Below, in pieces: positions 27,483-39,287 of a stretch of 64,000 bases of DNA. The notes beneath the pieces are model-generated. The model was not told the origin of the DNA, ran no database searches, and was given only the letters and a program-made list of their open reading frames with translations. The stretch is from positions 131,853 to 195,852 of the forward strand of contig JAULAX010000013.1 in NCBI GenBank assembly GCA_032654565.1. The letters are read 5' to 3'. Each line of letters opens with the position of its first letter. The stretch's first letter is position 1. Both the position numbers and the translations under genes were made by a program. The stretch is from Anaeromyxobacteraceae bacterium (lineage in GTDB: Bacteria > Myxococcota > Myxococcia > Myxococcales > Anaeromyxobacteraceae).

Positions 27483-30314
27483 GTGCCGACCCTGACCTTG
27501 ATCGACGGCTCGGGCTTCATCTTCCGCGCCTACCATGCCGTCCCGCCGCTCACCTCGTCGAAGGGCGTCCCCACCAACGCCGTCCTCGGCTTCGCCAACA
27601 TGCTGCTCAAGGCGCTGCGCGAGCACTCGCCGACCCACGTGGCCATGGTGCTCGACGTCAGCCGGCGCAGCTTCCGGACCGAGCTCGACCCCACCTACAA
27701 GGCCCAGCGCCCCGAGCCGCCGGACGACCTCGTCCCGCAGTTCCCGCTGGTCCGCGACGTCACCCGGGCCCTCTCGGTGCCCATCCTCGAGCAGGAGGGG
27801 TTCGAGGCCGACGACATCATCGCCACGCTGGCCACCCACGCCCGCGGCCACGGCTGGGAGGTGGTGATCGTCACCGGCGACAAGGACTTCGGGCAGCTGG
27901 TGGACGACCGGGTGCGTCTCTACGACCCCATGGCCGAGGCCCGCGGGCAGGGTGGCTGGAGCGGTCCGGCCGAGATCGAGTCGAAGATGGGCGTGCCGCC
28001 GTCGCAGGTCATCGAGTACCAGGCCCTGCTCGGCGACAAGGTGGACAACGTGCCGGGCATCCCCGGCGTCGGCGAGGTGACGGCGGCGGCGCTGATCCGC
28101 CACTTCGGCTCGGTGGAGGCGATGCTGGCCCGCCCCGAGGAGATCCCGGCGGCGGTGAAGCGGGGCGGGGAGAAGCTCAGGGAGAAGATCGTCGCCGGCG
28201 CCGAGCGGCTGCGGCTCAACCGCAAGCTGGTGACGCTCGACGCCCACATGGCGCTGCCCTGGGACCCGGAGCAGCTGGCGCGCCGCCCCATCGACGCCCG
28301 GAAGGCCACGGCGATCTTCGCCGAGCTGGAGTTCACCCGGCTGCTGCGCGAGGTGCCGGGGCTGGTGGCGGCGTCGGCGGCGGCCAGCCCGGCCGCCCGC
28401 GATGCGGCGCCTCCCACGGCGGCCCATGCCTCCAACGCAGACGCCTCCCCGGCCCCGGCCCTTGTCCCGCCACCGACCTCCCTCCCATCCGCGCCCCCAG
28501 CCTCGACCCCAACGCCGGCCTCGACCTCGACCGGGCTGCTGCTCGACGAGTCCTCGCTGGCCGGGGCGGTGGCGGCGCTCCTCGCGGCGCCGGAGGTCGG
28601 GCTGCTGGTGGTGGCCGACGGCGACGCCCCGCGCACCGGGCTGGTGGTGGGGCTGGCGCTGGCCGGCGGTGGCCGGAGCTTCTACCTGCCGCTCGGTCAC
28701 CGCTACCTCGGCGGTCCGGCGGCGCTCCCGCCCGGGGTGGTGGCCGGCGCGCTGCGGCCGCTGCTGGAGGGCGCCAGGCCGGTCCATGCCCACGACCGGA
28801 AGGCGACGGCGCACCGCCTGGCGCGGCTGGGGCTCACGCTGACGGCGCCGGGCCACGACACCGACCTGATGTCGCGCCTGCTGCTGCCGACGCAGCGGGA
28901 TCACCCCCTGGCCGAGGTGGCCAGGGCCCGCCTCGGGCTCGAGCTGCCCGCCGACCCCACCGAGGGGGAGAAGCGCGGCGGCACCGGCCACGAGGGGGCC
29001 GAGGTGGAGCGGATCGCCGCCTGGGCCGGGCCGCTCGCCGCGGCGCTGCCGGCGCTGGCGGTCGCGCTGGAGCAGGCCCTGGAGGCGGCCGGCCTGGCGT
29101 CGCTCTACCGCGACGTGGAGCGGCCGCTGATCCCGGTGCTGCTCGACATGGAGCGGGCCGGCATCGCCGTCGACTCGGCGGCCATGGAGGCCATGAGCTC
29201 CGAGTTCGGCGCCGCCATGGACCAGCTGGAGCGCCGCCTCACCGAGGCGGCCGGCCACCCCTTCAACGTGGCCTCGACCCGCGAGCTGGGCAGGGTGCTC
29301 TTCGACGAGCTGCACCTCCCGGTCATCAAGAAGCTCAAGACCGGCCCCTCCACCGACGTCGAGGTGCTGGAGAAGCTGGCCGAGCAGCACCCGCTCCCCG
29401 GGCTGGTGCTGGAGCACCGCTCGCTGGCCAAGCTCAAGGGGACCTACGTCGACGCCCTGCCGCTGCTGGTCGATCCTCTCGACGGGCGCATCCACACCAC
29501 CTTCCACCAGGCCGGCGCCGCCACCGGCCGGCTCTCCTCGGTCGACCCCAACCTGCAGAACATCCCGGTCCGCACCGAGCTGTCGCGGCGCATCCGGGCC
29601 GCCTTCGTGGCGCCTCCGGGCCGGCGCCTGGTCTCGGCCGACTACTCGCAGATCGAGCTGCGCATCCTGGCCCACTACTCGGCCGACCCGGCGCTGCTGG
29701 AGTCCTTCCGGGTGGGAGAGGACGTCCACACCCGGACCGCCGCCGAGACCTTCGGCGTGGCCGCCGCCGAGGTGAGCGCCGATCAGCGGCGGGTGGCCAA
29801 GGTGCTCAACTTCGGCATCGCCTACGGCCTCTCCGCCTTCGGACTCTCGCAGCGGCTCGACATGCCCCCGCGCGAGGCCCAGGGGATCATCGACCGCTAC
29901 TTCGCCCGCTACGCCGGGGTGAAGCGCTGGCTGGAGGCCATCGTCGCCGAGGCCCGGCGCGCCGGCGAGGTGCGGACCCTGTTCGGGCGGCTCCGCCCCA
30001 TGCCGGAGATCGCCGCCCGCAACCCGGCGCTGCGGCAGGCGGCGGAGCGGACCGCGGTCAACACGCCCATCCAGGGGACGGCCGCCGACGTGGTCAAGGT
30101 GGCGATGCTGAGGGTGCAGGCGGCGCTGGCCCGGGAGGAGCTCGACGCCCGACTGCTGCTGCAGGTCCACGACGAGCTGGTGGTGGAGGCGGCGGAGCGG
30201 GCGGTGGAGCCGGTGACGGCGCTGCTGCGGCGCGAGATGGAGGGCTCGGCCAGCCTGGCGGTGCCGCTGCTGGTGGAGGTGGGGCACGGCCGGACCTGGG
30301 CCGAGGCCCACTGA
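27483..30314 (+). CDS. polA: DNA polymerase I
   Basis: LIDGSGFIFRAY 5' nuclease, TGRLSSVDPNLQNIP, ADYSQIELR, KVLNFGIAYG, QVHDEL. Confidence 0.97.
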   Translation: MPTLTLIDGSGFIFRAYHAVPPLTSSKGVPTNAVLGFANMLLKALREHSPTHVAMVLDVSRRSFRTELDPTYKAQRPEPPDDLVPQFPLVRDVTRALSVPILEQEGFEADDIIATLATHARGHGWEVVIVTGDKDFGQLVDDRVRLYDPMAEARGQGGWSGPAEIESKMGVPPSQVIEYQALLGDKVDNVPGIPGVGEVTAAALIRHFGSVEAMLARPEEIPAAVKRGGEKLREKIVAGAERLRLNRKLVTLDAHMALPWDPEQLARRPIDARKATAIFAELEFTRLLREVPGLVAASAAASPAARDAAPPTAAHASNADASPAPALVPPPTSLPSAPPASTPTPASTSTGLLLDESSLAGAVAALLAAPEVGLLVVADGDAPRTGLVVGLALAGGGRSFYLPLGHRYLGGPAALPPGVVAGALRPLLEGARPVHAHDRKATAHRLARLGLTLTAPGHDTDLMSRLLLPTQRDHPLAEVARARLGLELPADPTEGEKRGGTGHEGAEVERIAAWAGPLAAALPALAVALEQALEAAGLASLYRDVERPLIPVLLDMERAGIAVDSAAMEAMSSEFGAAMDQLERRLTEAAGHPFNVASTRELGRVLFDELHLPVIKKLKTGPSTDVEVLEKLAEQHPLPGLVLEHRSLAKLKGTYVDALPLLVDPLDGRIHTTFHQAGAATGRLSSVDPNLQNIPVRTELSRRIRAAFVAPPGRRLVSADYSQIELRILAHYSADPALLESFRVGEDVHTRTAAETFGVAAAEVSADQRRVAKVLNFGIAYGLSAFGLSQRLDMPPREAQGIIDRYFARYAGVKRWLEAIVAEARRAGEVRTLFGRLRPMPEIAARNPALRQAAERTAVNTPIQGTAADVVKVAMLRVQAALAREELDARLLLQVHDELVVEAAERAVEPVTALLRREMEGSASLAVPLLVEVGHGRTWAEAH

Positions 30315-30326
30315 GCCGGCCGGCTG

Positions 30327-30839
30327 CTACGACTCGTCGGCGGCCAGCTTCTTCCGTCCGGCGGCGAACGGCACCGCCTCGTCCTTGGCGGCCGGCTCGC
30401 GGAAGGCCTCGAGCAGCCGCAGGTGGCCCTCGGCCAGCGACTTCAGCCCGGCCTCGAACTGGACCCGCTGCCGCTTCAGCTCGTTGATGTCGTCGACGAT
30501 GCGCAGGAAGCGCTGGTGCGCCCCCTGGACGATCTTCTCCGCCTGCAGCTCGGCGTCGGCGACGGTGATCTCGGCCTCCTTGCGGGCCGAGTCGCGGATG
30601 TCCTCGGAGGCCCGCTGCGCCGCCACCAGCGTCTCCTGCAGGGAGCGCTCCCGGCCGCGGTGCTCGACCAGCTCGTCGGCGGCGCGCCGGTTCTCCTCGC
30701 GCAGCGTGTTCAGGTCCCTCACCAGCCCCTCGAACTCGCTGGCCACCAGCGCCAGGAAGGCCGCCACCTCCTCGGCGTCGAGGCCGCGGAAGGTCTTGCG
30801 GAAGGACTTCTGGGTGATGTCGAGGGGCGTGATGTTCAT
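30327..30839 (-). CDS. DivIVA-domain protein
   Basis: MNITPLDITQKSFRKTFRGLDAEEVAAFL then coiled coil; SD GGAG and TACAAT -10 upstream. Confidence 0.9.
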   Translation of the reverse strand: MNITPLDITQKSFRKTFRGLDAEEVAAFLALVASEFEGLVRDLNTLREENRRAADELVEHRGRERSLQETLVAAQRASEDIRDSARKEAEITVADAELQAEKIVQGAHQRFLRIVDDINELKRQRVQFEAGLKSLAEGHLRLLEAFREPAAKDEAVPFAAGRKKLAADES

Positions 30840-30959
30840 GGCGTGGGCTCCGGAGTGGGGATTGTAGTGCCGGCCTTCCGCCTGTCCATTCCGGGGCCGT
30901 CGAGCCCCGCCCGAGGCTGGCCCGGGGGGTGGGGCCCCCGTGATATCTTCCGCAGCCCG

Positions 30960-31989
<1,030 letters not shown>

Positions 31990-32000
<11 letters not shown>

Positions 32001-33381
32001 CTACCGCGCCGCCCGCCCCGCCGGGCCGACCCTGGAGGCCTGCCTCGAGGAGGCCGCGGCCGGCCAGCCGGCGGCGGTCTACCTCTTCGACGGCGACGCC
32101 TTCCTGGCCCAGCGGGCCGGGCGGGAGCTGGCCTTCCGGCTGGTGCCGGAGCAGGAGCGCAGCCTCAACCTGGTGGAGCTGGACGCCGCCGCCTCCCCCG
32201 CCGAGGTGGCCACCGAGCTGCAGACCCGGGGGCTGTTCTCCACCGGCCGCAAGGTGGTGCTGCTGCAGGAGCCGGCCTTCCTCACCTCCAAGGAGGACGT
32301 CGAGGAGTCGTTCGAGAAGGCCCGGCTCCAGTGGGGCGAGGGGCGGCAGCGCGAGGCGGCGCGGCGGCTGCTGGCCCTCTGCGCCAAGGCCGGGCTGGGC
32401 GCCGTCGACCTGCGCCCGGAGCCCGGCGACGACCCCGGCAAGTTCAAGGTGGCGCTGGGGAAGCAGCTGAAGCGCGAGTTCGGCTTCGCCCCCGGCGAGG
32501 ACGGGCTGGACTTCGTGGTGGCGGCGGCCGGCTACGCCATCGAGCGGGAGATGAAGGCGGCCAAGGACGACTCGGGGGCGCTCGACGCCGCGCTGGAGCG
32601 CGGCCTGCCCCCCGGGCACGTGCTGGTGATCGCCGCCGGCAAGGTGGACGGCAAGCTGCCGCTGGTGAAGAAGCTGGCCGCCGCCGGCCGCCGGGTCGAG
32701 GTGTCGGTGCCCCGGGAGGGGACCTTCGACGCCCGGGTGGTGCTCGGCCCGGTGGTGCAGACGCTGCTGGCCGGGACCGGCAAGAAGGCCGACGCCGGGG
32801 CGGTGGAGCGGCTGGAGGCGCTGGTGGGCGGCGACGCCCGTACGCTGGCCTCCGAGCTGCAGAAGCTGGTGGCCTTCGTCGGCGACCGGAAGCTGATCGG
32901 CCCCGACGACGTCGACGAGGTGGTGACCCGCAGCGCCGAGGACCCCTTCTTCGCGCTGGGGAACGCCGTGGAGGCCCGCGACCTGCCCGGCGCCCTGGCG
33001 GTGGTGGACCGGACCGTGGCCGACGGGGGCAGCCCGCACATGCTGCTGGCGACGCTGGCCGGCACGGTGCGGCGCCTGGTGGTGGAGAAGGAGCGGGCCC
33101 GGGCGGTGGTGGGCGACCGGGTGCTGCGCAGCGCCCGCGACTGGGAGGCCCAGGTCTTCCCCACCATCAGCGCCGAGGAGCTCGGCAAGAAGAAGCCCTA
33201 CGGCTTCTGGATGAAGTACCAGGCCTCGACCCGGTTCGGGCGCGGCGAGCTGCTCGACGGGCTCGTGACGCTGCACGAGGCCGACGTGGCCATGAAGAGC
33301 GGGCAGGAGGCGCGGCTGCAGCTGGAGCGCGTCCTCCTCGGCCTGCTCGCCACCAGCGGATCGGAGCGGAGACCAGCATGA
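31990..33381 (+). CDS. holA: DNA polymerase III delta subunit (elongated)
   Basis: VYLFDGDAFL, SELQKLVAF, DVDEVV, LHEADVAMKSG...LERVLL. Confidence 0.8.
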
Positions 33382-35465
33382 CCACGCGCCTCGTCACCAG
33401 CGCCCTGCCGTACGCCAACGGGCCCATCCACCTCGGCCACATGGTCGAGCACGTGCAGACCGACGTCTACGTCCGCTTCCTGCGCAGCATCGGCGACGAC
33501 GTCACCTGGATCTGCGCCGCCGACGCCCACGGCACGCCCATCGAGGTGAACGCCGGCAAGGCCGGGGTGGCCCCGGCCGAGTTCGCCGAGCGGCACCGCC
33601 AGGAGCAGCACGCCACCTTCCAGCGGTTCGGCATCGCCCACGACACCTACTACACCACCCACTCGCCGGAGAACCAGGCCTGGGCCTACCGCATCTACGA
33701 CGCCCTCAAGGCCCGCGGGCTCATCTACAAGAAGTCGGTGGAGCAGCTCTACTGCGAGCAGGACCAGCGCTTCCTGCCCGACCGCTTCGTCAAGGGGACC
33801 TGCCCGAAGTGCGCCACGCCCGACCAGTACGGCGACGTCTGCGAGAGGTGCGGCACCACCTACGACCCGCGCGAGCTGGTGGCGCCGGCCTGCGCCCTCT
33901 GCCAGAGCACCCCGGTGGTCCGGAAGAGCGACCACGCCTACGTCAACCTCCGCAAGCCCGAGGTGGCCGCCATCATCCAGGGCTGGGTGGAGGCCGAGGG
34001 GCACCTCGAGCCGGGGGTGCGACAGCAGGTGAAGGGCTGGCTGGCCGACCTGCAGGACTGGTGCATCACCCGCGACGCCCCCTACTTCGGCTTCCCGGTG
34101 CGGGACGCCGACTTCCCCGGCAAGTTCCTCTACGTCTGGCTCGACGCCCCCATCGGCTACCTCTCCAGCGGCGAGCACTACTTCGCCGCCGAGGCGCCGC
34201 CGGAGCGGCGGCTCACCCCGGCCGCCTACGAGGCCCGCTACCTGGCCGAGGGGGCGCCGGCGCGGCTGGAGCACGTCATCGGCAAGGACATCCTGCGCTT
34301 CCACGCCGTCTTCTGGCCGGCCATGCTCTGGGCCACCGGGGTCAAGCGCCCCGACCGCATGGTGGTGCACGGCCACCTGACCGTGAACGGCGAGAAGATG
34401 TCCAAGTCGCGGGGCACCTTCATCAACGCCAGCACCTACCTCGAGTCGGGGCTCGACCCCGAGCTGCTCCGCTACTTCTTCGCCGCCACCCTCGGCGCCG
34501 GCGTCAGCGACCTCGACCTCTCGATGGAGGAGTTCCGCAACCGCATCAACGCCGATCTCGCCAACAACGTGGCCAACCTGGCCAGCCGGGTGGCGGCGCT
34601 GCTGCAGCGGGGCGGCGGGCCGGTCCCCGCGGCGGCGCTCGACCCCGAGGTGGTGAAGGCGACCGGCGAGGCGCTGCCGCTGGCGCGGACCGCCTACGCC
34701 GAGCTGCAGCTGCGCGAGGTGGTGCGGCTGGTGAACCAGCTGGCCAGCGTCTGCAACCGCCGGGTCCAGGAGAGCAAGCCCTGGGAGAACCCCACCGGCG
34801 CGGCCGAGCAGGCGGTGCTCCAGGCCATCGGCAAGGCGCTGGGGGCGCTGGCGCTCATGCTCCAGCCCATCATGCCGAGGTTCGCGGCCGGGCTGGCCGG
34901 CTCCTTCGGGCTGGCGCTCCCCACCTGGCGCGAGGGGTACCACCCGTTCGACGGGGCCCCGGTGGTGGTGAAGGAGAAGCCGCCGCAGATCGCCCGGCTC
35001 GACGTCAAGCAGGTGGAGCGGCTGATCGCCACGCCGGCCGACGCGCCGACGCCCAGCCGGGTGGCCAAGGCGTCCAGCCCGGGCGAGGGGGCCGCCAAGG
35101 CCAGCGCCAAGCCGCCGCCGGCGGCGGCGGTGTATGGCGTCATCGGCTACGAGGACTTCGCCAAGGTGGAGCTGCGGGTCGGCGCCATCCTTTCGGCGGC
35201 GCGGGTGGAGAAGGCCGACAAGCTGCTCCAGCTCTCCGTCGACGTGGGAGAGCCGGCGCCGCGCACCATCGTGGCCGGCATCGCCCAGGCCTACCCGGAG
35301 CCGTCGGCGCTGGTGGGGAAGCGGATCGTGGTGGTGGCCAACCTGGCGCCGCGGCCGCTGCGCGGCATCAACTCGCAGGGGATGCTGCTGGCGGCCGGCG
35401 AGCCGCCCGGCCTGCAGCTGGTCACGGTGGGCGACGCCATCGCCCCGGGGACCCGGGTCAAGTAG
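33378..35465 (+). CDS. metG: Methionine--tRNA ligase with C-terminal tRNA-binding domain
   Basis: ALPYANGPIHLGH, KMSKS, zinc knuckle, C-terminal VANLAPRPLRG. Confidence 0.97.
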   Translation: MTTRLVTSALPYANGPIHLGHMVEHVQTDVYVRFLRSIGDDVTWICAADAHGTPIEVNAGKAGVAPAEFAERHRQEQHATFQRFGIAHDTYYTTHSPENQAWAYRIYDALKARGLIYKKSVEQLYCEQDQRFLPDRFVKGTCPKCATPDQYGDVCERCGTTYDPRELVAPACALCQSTPVVRKSDHAYVNLRKPEVAAIIQGWVEAEGHLEPGVRQQVKGWLADLQDWCITRDAPYFGFPVRDADFPGKFLYVWLDAPIGYLSSGEHYFAAEAPPERRLTPAAYEARYLAEGAPARLEHVIGKDILRFHAVFWPAMLWATGVKRPDRMVVHGHLTVNGEKMSKSRGTFINASTYLESGLDPELLRYFFAATLGAGVSDLDLSMEEFRNRINADLANNVANLASRVAALLQRGGGPVPAAALDPEVVKATGEALPLARTAYAELQLREVVRLVNQLASVCNRRVQESKPWENPTGAAEQAVLQAIGKALGALALMLQPIMPRFAAGLAGSFGLALPTWREGYHPFDGAPVVVKEKPPQIARLDVKQVERLIATPADAPTPSRVAKASSPGEGAAKASAKPPPAAAVYGVIGYEDFAKVELRVGAILSAARVEKADKLLQLSVDVGEPAPRTIVAGIAQAYPEPSALVGKRIVVVANLAPRPLRGINSQGMLLAAGEPPGLQLVTVGDAIAPGTRVK

Positions 35466-36253
35466 TGGCCGAGCCGCTCATCGACTCCCACGCCCACCTC
35501 GACTTCGAGGACCTGGCCGGCGACCTCGAGGGGGTGACGGCCCGGGCCCGCGCCGCCGGCGTGGTCCGGGTGGTGACCATCGGGCTCTGGCGCCAGGACG
35601 GTGACTTCGGCAACGCCCTCGAGCTGGCCACCCGCTGGCCGGAGTTCTTCTCCGCCACCATCGGGGTCCACCCCCACGAGTGCGCCCGGGTCGGCGAGGC
35701 CGACTGGGCCCGATCCGCCGAGCTGGCGCGCGACCCGCGGGTGGTGGCGGTGGGCGAGACCGGGCTCGACTTCCACTACGACCTCTCGCCGCGCGACGTG
35801 CAGGAGGCCTGCTTCCGGCGCTCCATCCGCCTGGCCCGGGCGGTGGAGAAGCCGCTGGTGATCCACGTCCGCGAGGCCGAGGAGGTCTGCGTGGCGGTGC
35901 TGCGGGAGGAGGGGCTCCCGGCCGCGGGCGGGGTCATCCACTGCTTCACCGGCGACGCCCGGGCGGCGCGGGCCTACCTCGACCTCGGGCTCCACGTCTC
36001 GGTGTCGGGCATCATCACCTTCAAGACCGCCGGGGCCATCCGCGAGGCGGTGGCGCTGGTGCCCGACGACCGGCTGCTGGTGGAGACCGACGCGCCCTTC
36101 CTGGCCCCCATCCCCTTCCGTGGCAAGCGCAACGAGCCGGCCCACGTCCGGCTGGTGGCGGAGAAGGTGGCCGAGGTGCGCGGGCAGTCGCCGGAGCGGG
36201 TGGCGGCGCTGACCACCGGCAACACCCGGCGGCTCTTCAGGCTGGAGGGGTGA
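35465..36253 (+). CDS. tatD: TatD family DNase
   Basis: DSHAHL, GVHPH, GETGLD, IHCF, VETDAP. Confidence 0.93.
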   Translation: MAEPLIDSHAHLDFEDLAGDLEGVTARARAAGVVRVVTIGLWRQDGDFGNALELATRWPEFFSATIGVHPHECARVGEADWARSAELARDPRVVAVGETGLDFHYDLSPRDVQEACFRRSIRLARAVEKPLVIHVREAEEVCVAVLREEGLPAAGGVIHCFTGDARAARAYLDLGLHVSVSGIITFKTAGAIREAVALVPDDRLLVETDAPFLAPIPFRGKRNEPAHVRLVAEKVAEVRGQSPERVAALTTGNTRRLFRLEG

Positions 36254-36257
36254 CGAG

Positions 36258-36818
36258 CTAGAACCCGAGCCCCAGGCTCAGCCCGGCGCCGTGGACCTGC
36301 TCGCCGCCGGTGTGGAAGGTGTTGAGCCAGTACTCGGCCTGGAGGCGGAGGTTGACCGTGGAGAACCGGCCGAGCAGCAGGCCCGCGGCGGCGTAGGGCT
36401 GGAAGCCGTGCCCGCTGCCATGGCCGTACCCGGCCCAGGCGTAGCGCAGCCCGGCGCCAGCGTAGGGAGACAGGTTGGTGGCGCTGAACGGGTAGGCGGC
36501 GCCGAACCCGGCGGTGACCTGGTGCACGTCCCTGGACCAGGCGCCCTCGACCGAGATCTCCGCCAGGAAGTCGCGGGCGTCGTAGGCCCAGAGGAGGCCG
36601 ACGCTGGTGGCGTGGTCCGAGGTGGCCCGGGTGGCGGGCCAGCTCATCCCCAGGCGGAGGCCGGTGGTGCGCGCCGCCTCCTCCCGCAGGACCGCCGGCG
36701 GCTCCCGGGGTGGGGCGGTGTCGGGCGCCGCCGCCGCGGCGGCGCCGGGGGACGCCAGCAGCAGGAGCGCGGCGGCGAGGAGGGAGGCGGCCAGGGCGGG
36801 GCGGGCGAGGCGCTTCAT
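36258..36818 (-). CDS. Small outer-membrane beta-barrel protein
   Basis: Signal peptide, SPYAGAGL, C-terminal LGLGF. Confidence 0.75.
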   Translation of the reverse strand: MKRLARPALAASLLAAALLLLASPGAAAAAAPDTAPPREPPAVLREEAARTTGLRLGMSWPATRATSDHATSVGLLWAYDARDFLAEISVEGAWSRDVHQVTAGFGAAYPFSATNLSPYAGAGLRYAWAGYGHGSGHGFQPYAAAGLLLGRFSTVNLRLQAEYWLNTFHTGGEQVHGAGLSLGLGF

Positions 36819-36959
36819 GGTGGGGCTCCGGGTGTCGCCGGGCGGGTCGGGTCGGCCGGTCGCCCGAGGCGGGCCCGGCGCCCCAGTCTGCCGCCGACCG
36901 GGCGCGGCGTCGAGCCTGGAGGCGGCCGCCGGTCTGACCCGTCACCGGATCGCCCGCGC

Positions 36960-37691
36960 TCACCCGTCCCAGCTGCCCCACTCCTCCTCGCGGTCGGCGT
37001 CGGCCTCGACGCCGGGCTGGCGCCGGTCGGCCCAGCGCACCACCGGCCAGCCGCGACGCTCCGCCTCCTCGCGGAAGGGGTCGCGGGGGTTGACCACCAC
37101 CGGGTGGCCCACCGCCTCGAAGAGGGCCACGTCGGCGGGCGAGTCGGAGTAGAGCCAGCTCCGCGCCAGGTCCAGGTCCCAGCGCTCCAGCTCCCGCTCC
37201 ACCGCCTCGCGCTTCCCCTCGCGGAAGACCACCGGCTTGAGGAGCTGATCGGTGAAGACGCCGCCGACGATGCTGGCGCGGGTGCCGATGGCGGCGTGGA
37301 CCCGCAGGTGGTCGGCCAGCTCGTCGATGATGTACTGGGGGGAGCCGGAGGCCAGCAGCACGAAGTGGCCGGAGAGCAGGTGGCGGCGGACCTGGCGCAG
37401 GGCGCCGGAGGTGATGCGCTTGCGCAGGTGCTTCTCGAAGCAGGCCCGGGCGTGCTCCTTCAGCTCGTCGGCGCGGAGCCCGGCGTGGCAGCTGGAGCCG
37501 ACCTCGACCATGTCCTGCTCGGTGAGCCGGCCGCGGGCGTACTCGTAGATGATGCGGGGGATGCGGGCCCGGACCTCGGGGCGCATCACCTTCTGCCGGT
37601 AGAGGTACCAGGTGAAGATGGTGCCGGCGTTGCCGTCGAGGAGCGAGTCATCGACGTCGAAGACGGCTGCCGTCCTCCCAAACGGGACCAT
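36960..37691 (-). CDS. HAD-IB family hydrolase
   Basis: FDVDDSL, ASGS, GK, YSDSPAD...VVNP. Confidence 0.88.
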   Translation of the reverse strand: MVPFGRTAAVFDVDDSLLDGNAGTIFTWYLYRQKVMRPEVRARIPRIIYEYARGRLTEQDMVEVGSSCHAGLRADELKEHARACFEKHLRKRITSGALRQVRRHLLSGHFVLLASGSPQYIIDELADHLRVHAAIGTRASIVGGVFTDQLLKPVVFREGKREAVERELERWDLDLARSWLYSDSPADVALFEAVGHPVVVNPRDPFREEAERRGWPVVRWADRRQPGVEADADREEEWGSWDG

Positions 37692-37742
37692 GGAACTGCT
37701 GTAGCACGGCCCGGCGGGGTGCGCCCACCGGGCCGGGTCCAG

Positions 37743-39287
37743 CTACTCCGCCTTGCTCCCCTCGGCGGCGGGCGCCTCGGGCGGTGCGGCAGCAGGGGAG
37801 GGGGCGGCGGCTTCGACCGGCGCGGTCTCGGCGGCGGCCTCGGCGGGCGCCTCGGCGGCGGGCGCGGCCGGACCGGGGGCCTCGCCCAGCTTGGCGGCCA
37901 GCGCCGCGAACGGGCTGTGGGTCAGCCCCTGGCTCTTCTTGTCGGGCGGGGCGCGGTGCGGGCCCTTGTCGCCGGGGAGGCGCGGGCCGGTGTAGCCCTT
38001 CTTCTTGTCACCGGGGCCACCGAAGGCGCCGCGCTGGCCGCGATCCGGGGGACGGTCGGAGCGCTCGGTCCGCTCGGCGCGGACCACGGGCGCCGCCGGG
38101 GTGGCCTCGGCGCCGGCCGGGGCGCCGGCCTCGGCCGGCTTCTCGGAGGGGCGCCGCTCGGGGCGGGCGGGCTGCTGCGGGCGCGGCTTCTTCTCCTGCT
38201 TGCGCTTGGGCTGGCCCTGGGGCTGGCCGCCGCCGGCGCCGCGCGGCACGTAGATGGTCGGGGTCATCACCTCGGGGGGCGGCCCCTTCTTCTCGGCCTG
38301 CTCGGTGGGGAGCGCGCCGCGCCAGATCATCTGCTCGTAGACGTTGTTGGTGTCGGTCCAGCGGCGGTGGCCGCTCTCGCGCCCCATCAGGTTGAGCCAG
38401 CTGTTGATGCGGCTGTCGATCTCGTCGAGGTAGTGGGTGAGCAGCGCCTCCAGCGTCAGCGGCACCTTGGGCGAGCCGTACTCGAGCTTGCCGTGGTGGG
38501 CCAGCACCAGGTGGACCACGTGGTGCTCCAGCTCGCGCGGCATGCCGACCCGGCGGGCCTTGTCGTGGATCCACTGGGCCGCCATGACCAGGTGGCCGAC
38601 CAGCTTGCCCTCGTCGGTGTACTCGGCGTTCCGGTCGCCGGCCAGCTCGCGCACCTTGCCGAGGTCGTGCAGGAAGGCGCCGGCCACCAGCAGGTCGCGG
38701 TCGACCTGCGGGTACTGGTCGGCGAGGCGGTGGGCCAGCTTCATGACCGCGACGGTGTGCTCGAGCAGGCCGCCGGCGTAGGCGTGGTGCACCGACTTGG
38801 CGGCCGGGGCCCGGCGGAAGCGGGCGGCGAAGTCCTCGTCGCCGAGGAAGGAGGCGATCAGCGCCTTGATGTGCTGGTCGGTGACGGCCTCGGCCAGCGC
38901 CAGCAGCTCGGTCCAGGCCTGGGAGTCGACCACCGCCTCGGCGGGGGCCTCGGGCTTGCGGACCTCGGGCGGCGCCACGAAGACGAACTCGGCGGCGTCG
39001 AAGGCGGCGCCGTCGACCTTGACCAGCGTCTCGATGCGGAGCTGCGGCTTGCCCTGGAAGGTGCCGATCAGCCCCTCGACCTCGACGAAGTCCTTCTCCT
39101 CGAAGGCCGGGACCAGCTCCTCGAGCTTGTCGAAGGCGCGGGCCTCCAGCTCGCCGGTCTTGTCGTGGAGCGTGACCGCCAGGTAGGTCTTGCCGCTCTT
39201 GGAGGTCGGGGTGGCCTTCTTGGCGACCAGGAAGAGGCTCTTGAACTTCTCGCCTTCCTTGACGTCCTTGATCCAGGTCTTTTCCAT
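37743..39287 (-). CDS. YhaM/Cbf1-like 3'-5' exoribonuclease (OB + HD) with low-complexity C-terminal tail
   Basis: PAAKSVHHAYAGGLLEHT, LHDLGK, HHGKLEYGSP. Confidence 0.88.
   Translation of the reverse strand: MEKTWIKDVKEGEKFKSLFLVAKKATPTSKSGKTYLAVTLHDKTGELEARAFDKLEELVPAFEEKDFVEVEGLIGTFQGKPQLRIETLVKVDGAAFDAAEFVFVAPPEVRKPEAPAEAVVDSQAWTELLALAEAVTDQHIKALIASFLGDEDFAARFRRAPAAKSVHHAYAGGLLEHTVAVMKLAHRLADQYPQVDRDLLVAGAFLHDLGKVRELAGDRNAEYTDEGKLVGHLVMAAQWIHDKARRVGMPRELEHHVVHLVLAHHGKLEYGSPKVPLTLEALLTHYLDEIDSRINSWLNLMGRESGHRRWTDTNNVYEQMIWRGALPTEQAEKKGPPPEVMTPTIYVPRGAGGGQPQGQPKRKQEKKPRPQQPARPERRPSEKPAEAGAPAGAEATPAAPVVRAERTERSDRPPDRGQRGAFGGPGDKKKGYTGPRLPGDKGPHRAPPDKKSQGLTHSPFAALAAKLGEAPGPAAPAAEAPAEAAAETAPVEAAAPSPAAAPPEAPAAEGSKAE

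Noticed and set aside
26556..30311. Very long antisense/alternate-frame ORFs (e.g. 26556-30311, 23246-26419, 44057-47398, 36291-39356, 4156-6927)
   Set aside because: Shadow ORFs expected from high GC and codon bias opposite well-supported genes; no recognisable motifs
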